Origin: Auanema rhodensis
Lineage: Eukaryota > Animalia > Nematoda
Assembly: GCA_964057225.1 (NCBI GenBank)
Contig: OZ059898.1
Location: 3,224,001-3,288,000, forward strand
DNA length: 64,000 nt
Direction: 5' to 3'
Shown: piece by piece, positions 56,901 through 64,000 of the stretch
How the letters are laid out: each line of letters starts with the position of its first letter
How positions within the stretch are numbered: the stretch's first letter is position 1
Program-made: the position numbers and the translations under genes
The notes under the pieces: model-generated
The model's input: the letters and a program-made list of their open reading frames with translations, nothing else
The model's database searches: none
Told to the model about the DNA's origin: nothing

Positions 56901-59900
56901 TTTTCAAACGATCATAACTAATTTTTGTATCAAGCGTTTTTCAATGTAGTATAGTGCATTCGATGCGCATTTTTAAGCTGCGTCGATCTGTGTTATCAGA
57001 TTTGCGCTAGCTTAAAAGTGCACCGAGATATCAACTGATATAAGTTCACACTTATATCCTCGATTTTCACCCTGAAGAAATAATTTTTTCGTTGAATAAC
57101 ATTGTCCATCGTCTTTGCCTTGAAAAAAGGAATCTAAAAACATCTACTTTTTGCTAAATTATTTTGAAATTTTTCGAAAAAAGTTTTGTCAAAATGTTTT
57201 TGGAAGCAATGTTGAGTGTACATGGAAACTCAACATACACTAATGCATCATTTTTCAAACGATCATAACTAATTTTTTTATCAAGCGTTTCTCAATGTAG
57301 TATAGTGCATTCGATGCAGATTTTTAAGCTGCGTCGATCTGTGTTATCAGATTTGCGCTAGCTTAAAAATGCACCGAGATATCAACTGATATAAGTTCAC
57401 ACTTATATCCTCGATTTTCACCCTGAAGAAATAATTTTTTCGTTGAATAACATTGTTCATCGTCTTTGCCTTGAAAAAAGGAATCTAAAAACATCTACTT
57501 TTTGCTAAATTATTTTGAAATTTTTCGAAAAAATTTTTGTCAAAATTTTTTGGAAGCAATGTTGAGTGTACATGGAAACTCAACATACACTAATGCATCA
57601 TTTTTCAAACGATCATAACTAATTTTTGTATCAAGCGTTTTTCAATGTAGTATAGTGCATTCGATGCGGATTTTTAAGCTGCGTCGATCTGTGTTATCAG
57701 ATTTGCGCTAGCTTAAAAATGCACCGAGATATCAACTGATATAAGTTCACACTTATATCCTCGATTTTCACCCTGAAGAAATAATTTTTTTGTTGAATAA
57801 CATTGTCCATCGTCTTTGCCTTGAAAAAAGGAATCTAAAAACATCTACTTTTTGCTGAATTATTTTGAAATTTTTCGAAAAAATTTTTGTCAAAATGTTT
57901 TTGGAAGCAATGTTGAGTGTACATGGAAACTCAACATACACTAATGCATCATTTTTCAAACGATCATAACTAATTTTTGTATTAAGCGTTTCTTAATGTA
58001 GTATAGTGCATTCGATTCGGATTTTTAAGCTGCGTCGATCTGTGTTATCAGATTTGCGCTAGCTTAAAAATGCACCGAGATATCAACTGATATAAGTTCA
58101 CACTTATATCCTCGATTTTCACCCTGAAGAAATAATTTTTTCGTTGAATAACATCGTCCATCGTCTTTGCCTTGAAAAAAGGAATCTAAAAACATCTACT
58201 TTTTGCTAAATTATTTTGAAATTTTTCGAAAAAATTTTTGTCAAAATGTTTTTGGAAGCAATGTTGAGTGTACATGGAAACTCAACATACACTAATGCAT
58301 CATTTTTCAAACGATCATAACTAATTTTTGTATTAAGCGTTTCTCAATGTAGTATAGTGCATTCGATGCGGATTTTTAAGCTGCGTCGATCTGTGTTATC
58401 AGATTTGCGCTAGCTTAAAAATGCACCGAGATATCAACTGATATAAGTTCACACTTATATCCTCGATTTTCACCCTGAAGAATTAATTTTTTCGTTGAAT
58501 AACATTGTCTATCGTCTTTGCCTTGAGAAATGGAATCTAAAAACATCTACTTTTTGCTAAATTATTTTGAAATTTTTCGAAAAAATTTTTGTCAAAATGT
58601 TTTTGGAAGCAATGTTGAGTGTACATGGAAACTCAACATACACTAATGCATCATTTTTCAAACAATCATAACTAATTTTTGTATCAAGCGTTTCTCAATG
58701 TAGTATAGTGCATTCGATGCGGATTTTTAAGCTGCGTCGATCTGTGTTATCAGATTTGCGCTAGCTTAAAAATGCACCGAGATATCAACTGATATAAGTT
58801 CACACTTATATCCTCGATTTTCATCCTGAAGAATTAATTTTTTCGTTGAATAACATTGTCCATCGTCTTTGCCTTGAAAAATCGAATCTAAAAACATCTA
58901 CTTTTCGCTAAATTATTTTGAAATTTTTCGAAAAAATTTTTGTCAAAATGTTTTTGGAAGCAATGTTGAGTGTACATGGAAACTCAACATACACTAATGC
59001 ATCATTTTTCAAACGATCAAAACTAATTCTTGTATCAAGCGTTTTTCAATGTAGTATAGTGCATTCGATGCGGATTTTTAAGCTGCGTCGATCTGTGTTA
59101 TCAGATTTGCGCTAGCTTAAAAATGCACCGAGATATCAACTGATATAAGTTCACACTTATATCCTCGATTTTCACCCTGAAGAAATAATTTTTTCGTTGA
59201 ATAACATTGTCCATCGTCTTTGCCTTGAAAAAAGGAATCTAAAAACATCTACTTTTTGCTAAATTATTTTGAAATTTTTCGAAAAAATTTTTGTCAAAAT
59301 TTTTTGGAAGCAATGTTGAGTGTACATGGAAACTCAACATACACTAATGCATCATTTTTCAAACGATCATAACTAATTTTTGTATCAAGCGTTTTTCAAT
59401 GTAGTATAGTGCATTCGATGCGGATTTTTAAGCTGCGTCGATCTGTGTTATCAGATTTGCGCTAGCTTAAAAATGCACCGAGATATCAACTGATATAAGT
59501 TCACACTTATATCCTCGATTTTCACCCTGAAGAAATAATTTTTTCGTTGAATAACATTGTCCATCGTCTTTGCCTTGAAAAATAGAATCTAAAAACATCT
59601 ACTTTTTGCTAAATTATTTTGAAATTTTTCGAAAAAATTTTTGTCAAAATGTTTTTGGAAGCAATATTGAGTGTACATGGAAACTCAACATACACTAATG
59701 CATCATTTTTCAAACGATCATAACTAATTTTTCTATCAAGCGTTTCTCAATGTAGTATAGTGCATTCGATGCGGATTTTTAAGCTGCGTCAATCTGTGTT
59801 ATCAGATTTGCGCTAGCTTAAAAATGCACCGAGATATCAACTGATATAAGTTCACACTTATATCCTCGATTTTCACCCTGAAGAATTAATTTTTTCGTTG

Positions 59901-61740
59901 AATAACATTGTCCATCGTCTTTGCCTTGAAAAATGGAATCTAAAAACATCTACTTTTTGCTAAATTATTTTGAAATTTTTCGAAAAAATTTTTGTCAAAA
60001 TTTTTTGGAAGCAATGTTGACTGTACATGGAAACTCAACATACACTAATGCATCATTTTTCAAACGATCATAACTAATTTTTGTATCAAGCGTTTTTCAA
60101 TGTAGTATAGTGCATTCGATGCGGATTTTTAAGCTGCGTCGATCTGTGTTATCAGATTTGCGCTAGCTTAAAAATGCACCGAGATATCAACTGATATAAG
60201 TTCACACTTATATCCTCGATTTTCACCCTGAAGAAATAATTTTTTCGTTGAATAACATTGTCCATCGTCTTTGCCTTGAAAAATGGAATCTAAAAACATC
60301 TACTTTTTGCTAAATTATTTTGAAATTTTTCGAAAAAATTTTTGTCAAAATGTTTTTGGAAGCAATATTGAGTGTACATGGAAACTCAACATACACTAAT
60401 GCATCATTTTTCAAACGATCATAACTAATTTTTGTATCAAGCGTTTCTCAATGTAGTATAGTGCATTCGATGCGGATTTTTAAGCTGCGTCGATCTGTGT
60501 TATCAGATTTGCGCTAGCTTAAAAATGCACCGAGATATCAACTGATATAAGTTCACACTTATATCCTCGATTTTCACCCTGAAGAATTAATTTTTTCGTT
60601 GAATAACATTGTCCATCGTCTTTGCCTTGAAAAATGGAATCTAAAAACATCTACTTTTTGCTAAATTATTTTGAAATTTTTCGAAAAAATTTTTGTCAAA
60701 ATTTTTTGGAAGCAATGTTGAGTGTACATGGAAACTCAACATACACTAATGCATCATTTTTCAAACGATCATAACTAATTTTTGTATCAAGCGTTTTTCA
60801 ATGTAGTATAGTGCATTCGATGCGGATTTTTAAGCTGCGTCGATCTGTGTTATCAGATTTGCGCTAGCTTAAAAATGCACCGAGATATCAACTGATATAA
60901 GTTCACACTTATATCCTCGATTTTCACCCTGAAGAAATAATTTTTTCGTTGAATAACATTGTCCATCGTCTTTGCCTTGAAAAATGGAATCTAAAAACAT
61001 CTACTTTTTGCTAAATTATTTTGAAATTTTTCGAAAAAATTTTTGTCAAAATTTTTTGGAAGCAATGTTGACTGTACATGGAAACTCAACATACACTAAT
61101 GCATCATTTTTCAAACGATCATAACTAATTTTTGTATCAAGCGTTTTTCAATGTAGTATAGTGCATTCGATGCGGATTTTTAAGCTGCGTCGATCTGTGT
61201 TATCAGATTTGCGCTAGCTTAAAAATGCACCGAGATATCAACTGATATAAGTTCACACTTATATCCTCGATTTTCATCCTGAAGAATTAATTTTTTCGTT
61301 GAATAACATTGTCTATCGTCTTTGCCTTGAAAAATGAAATCTAAAAACATCTACTTTTCGCTAAATTATTTTGAAATTTTTCGAAAAAATTTTTGTCAAA
61401 ATGTTTTTGGAAGCAATGTTGAGTGTACATGGAAACTCAACATACACTAATGCATCATTTTTCAAACGATCATAACTAATTTTTGTATCAAGCGTTTCTT
61501 AATGTAGTATAGTGCATTCGATCCGGATTTTTAAGCTGCGTCGATCTGTGTTATCAGATTTGCGCTAGCTTAAAAATGCACCGAGATATCAACTGATATA
61601 AGTTCACACTTATATCCTCGATTTTCACCCTGAAGAATTAATTTTTTCGTTGAATAACATTGTCTATCGTCTTTGCCTTGAGAAATGGAATCTAAAAACA
61701 TCTACTTTTTGCTAAATTATTTTGAAATTTTTCGAAAAAA

Positions 61741-64000
61741 TTTTTGTCAAAATGTTTTTGGAAGCAATGTTGAGTGTACATGGAAACTCAACATACACTA
61801 ATGCATCATTTTTCAAACGATCATAACTAATTTTTGTATCAAGCGTTTCTCAATGTAATATAGTGCATTCGATGCGGATTTTTAAGCTGCGTCGATCTGT
61901 GTTATCAGATTTGCGCTAGCTTAAAAATGCACCGAGATATCAACTGATATAAGTTCACACTTATATCCTCGATTTTCACCCTGAAGAAATAATTTTTTCG
62001 TTGAATAACATTGTCCATCGTCTTTGCCTTGAAAAAAGGAATCTAAAAACATCTACTTTTTGCTAAATTATTTTGAAATTTTTCGAAAAAATTTTTGTCA
62101 AAATGTTTTTGGAAGCAATGTTGAGTGTACATGGAAACTCAACATACACTAATGCATCATTTTTCAAACGATCATAACTAATTTTTGTATCAAGCGTTTC
62201 TTAATGTAGTATAGTGCATTCGATCCGGATTTTTAAGCTGCGTCGATCTGTGTTATCAGATTTGCGCTAGCTTAAAAATGCACCGAGATATCAACTGATA
62301 TAAGTTCACACTTATATCCTCGATTTTCACCCTGAAGAATTAATTTTTTCGTTGAATAACATTGTCTATCGTCTTTGCCTTGAGAAATGGAATCTAAAAA
62401 CATCTACTTTTTGCTAAATTATTTTGAAATTTTTCGAAAAAATTTTTGTCAAAATGTTTTTGGAAGCAATGTTGAGTGTACATGGAAACTCAACATACAC
62501 TAATGCATCATTTTTCAAACGATCATAACTAATTTTTGTATCAAGCGTTTCTCAATGTAATATAGTGCATTCGATGCGGATTTTTAAGCTGCGTCGATCT
62601 GTGTTATCAGATTTGCGCTAGCTTAAAAATGCACCGAGATATCAACTGATATAAGTTCACACTTATATCCTCGATTTTCACCCTGAAGAAATAATTTTTT
62701 CGTTGAATAACATTGTCCATCGTCTTTGCCTTGAAAAAAGGAATCTAAAAACATCTACTTTTTGCTAAATTATTTTGAAATTTTTCGAAAAAATTTTTGT
62801 CAAAATTTTTTGGAAGCAATGTTGAGTGTACATGGAAACTCAACATACACTAATGCATCATTTTTCAAACGATCATAACTAATTTTTGTATCAAGCGTTT
62901 TTCAATGTAGTATAGTGCATTCGATGCGCATTTTTAAGCTGCGTCGATCTGTGTTATCAGATTTGCGCTAGCTTAAAAGTGCACCGAGATATCAACTGAT
63001 ATAAGTTCACACTTATATCCTCGATTTTCACCCTGAAGAAATAATTTTTTCGTTGAATAACATTGTCCATCGTCTTTGCCTTGAAAAAAGGAATCTAAAA
63101 ACATCTACTTTTTGCTAAATTATTTTGAAATTTTTCGAAAAAATTTTTGTCAAAATGTTTTTGGAAGCAATGTTGAGTGTACATGGAAACTCAACATACA
63201 CTAATGCATCATTTTTCAAACGATCATAACTAATTTTTGTATCAAGCGTTTCTTAATGTAGTATAGTGCATTCGATCCGGATTTTTAAGCTGCGTCGATC
63301 TGTGTTATCAGATTTGCGCTAGCTTAAAAATGCACCGAGATATCAACTGATATAAGTTCACACTTATATCCTCGATTTTCACCCTGAAGAAATAATTTTT
63401 TCGTTGAATAACATTGTCCATCGTCTTTGCCTTGAAAAAAGGAATCTAAAAACATCTACTTTTTGCTAAATTATTTTGAAATTTTTCGAAAAAAGTTTTG
63501 TCAAAATGTTTTTGGAAGCAATGTTGAGTGTACATGGAAACTCAACATACACTAATGCATCATTTTTCAAACGATCATAACTAATTTTTTTATCAAGCGT
63601 TTCTCAATGTAGTATAGTGCATTCGATGCAGATTTTTAAGCTGCGTCGATCTGTGTTATCAGATTTGCGCTAGCTTAAAAATGCACCGAGATATCAACTG
63701 ATATAAGTTCACACTTATATCCTCGATTTTCACCCTGAAGAAATAATTTTTTCGTTGAATAACATTGTTCATCGTCTTTGCCTTGAAAAAAGGAATCTAA
63801 AAACATCTACTTTTTGCTAAATTATTTTGAAATTTTTCGAAAAAAGTTTTGTCAAAATGTTTTTGGAAGCAATGTTGAGTGTACATGGAAACTCAACATA
63901 CACTAATGCATCATTTTTCAAACGATCATAACTAATTTTTGTATCAAGCGTTTTTCAATGTAGTATAGTGCATTCGATGCGCATTTTTAAGCTGCGTCGA
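61741..64000. repeat. Block duplicate of 54377-56986, differing by one whole monomer
   Basis: Offset is 7364 for 61741-63494 and 7014 for 63495-64000. Shared rare variants: TGCGCA/AAAAGTGCAC and TTTTTTTATC/GATGCAGA/GTTCATC. Confidence 0.82.

Larger units (their letters stand above)
1..64000. repeat. Tandem satellite DNA array, 351-bp AT-rich monomer, ~182.4 copies, single orientation, truncated at both window edges
   Basis: TTTTTGTCAAAATGTTTTTGGAAGC recurs at 1, 352, 703, 1053, 1404, 1755, 2107 ... 63495, 63846 with period 351 (350 when one base is lost). No non-repeat sequence was seen anywhere. Confidence 0.99.

Noticed and set aside
57768-57959. 63-aa ORF (-)
   Set aside because: It is opened by the singleton GCTAA>GCTGA change at 57857, which removes a minus-strand stop. 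It is a chance satellite translation.
58918-59115. 65-aa ORF (+, TTG start)
   Set aside because: It is opened by a singleton TCATAA>TCAAAA change, and the consensus has a stop there.
1-64000. CRISPR array or other repeat-spacer / variable-cassette system
   Set aside because: There are no unique spacers. The whole 351-bp unit is repeated, with only point variants that follow duplication history.
1-64000. Tandem tRNA/5S/snRNA/SL-RNA gene array
   Set aside because: I could not recognise a cloverleaf, pol III A/B boxes, 5S or spliced-leader sequence, and frequent T-runs on both strands would terminate pol III. Not excluded without an Rfam search.

Overview
The whole 64 kb window is one uninterrupted head-to-tail tandem satellite array. 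The monomer is 351 bp and about 31% GC (hand count of monomer 1). There are 182 complete copies plus a 155-bp partial copy, and the array runs off both ends. About one monomer in five is 350 bp, usually from loss of the G in AAAATGTTTTT, and one is 352 bp. Copies differ at only a handful of recurrent sites. I see no gene, RNA gene, CRISPR spacer, transposon insertion or strand inversion, and the three ORF calls are chance by-products of monomer variants. This looks like eukaryotic (peri)centromeric or heterochromatic satellite DNA, but I cannot name the family or organism. I found no protein-coding 'system'. The interesting content is structural. (i) The monomer is densely packed with inverted repeats, including a 51-nt hairpin. 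(ii) The variants record a cryptic higher-order organisation: a degenerate 5-monomer cycle, local 2-mer and 3-mer duplications, and multi-kb blocks duplicated 5.6-15 kb apart. (iii) Variants are zoned along the array, and a rare haplotype is shared by the two ends. All variant calls were made by eye and need confirming by alignment.
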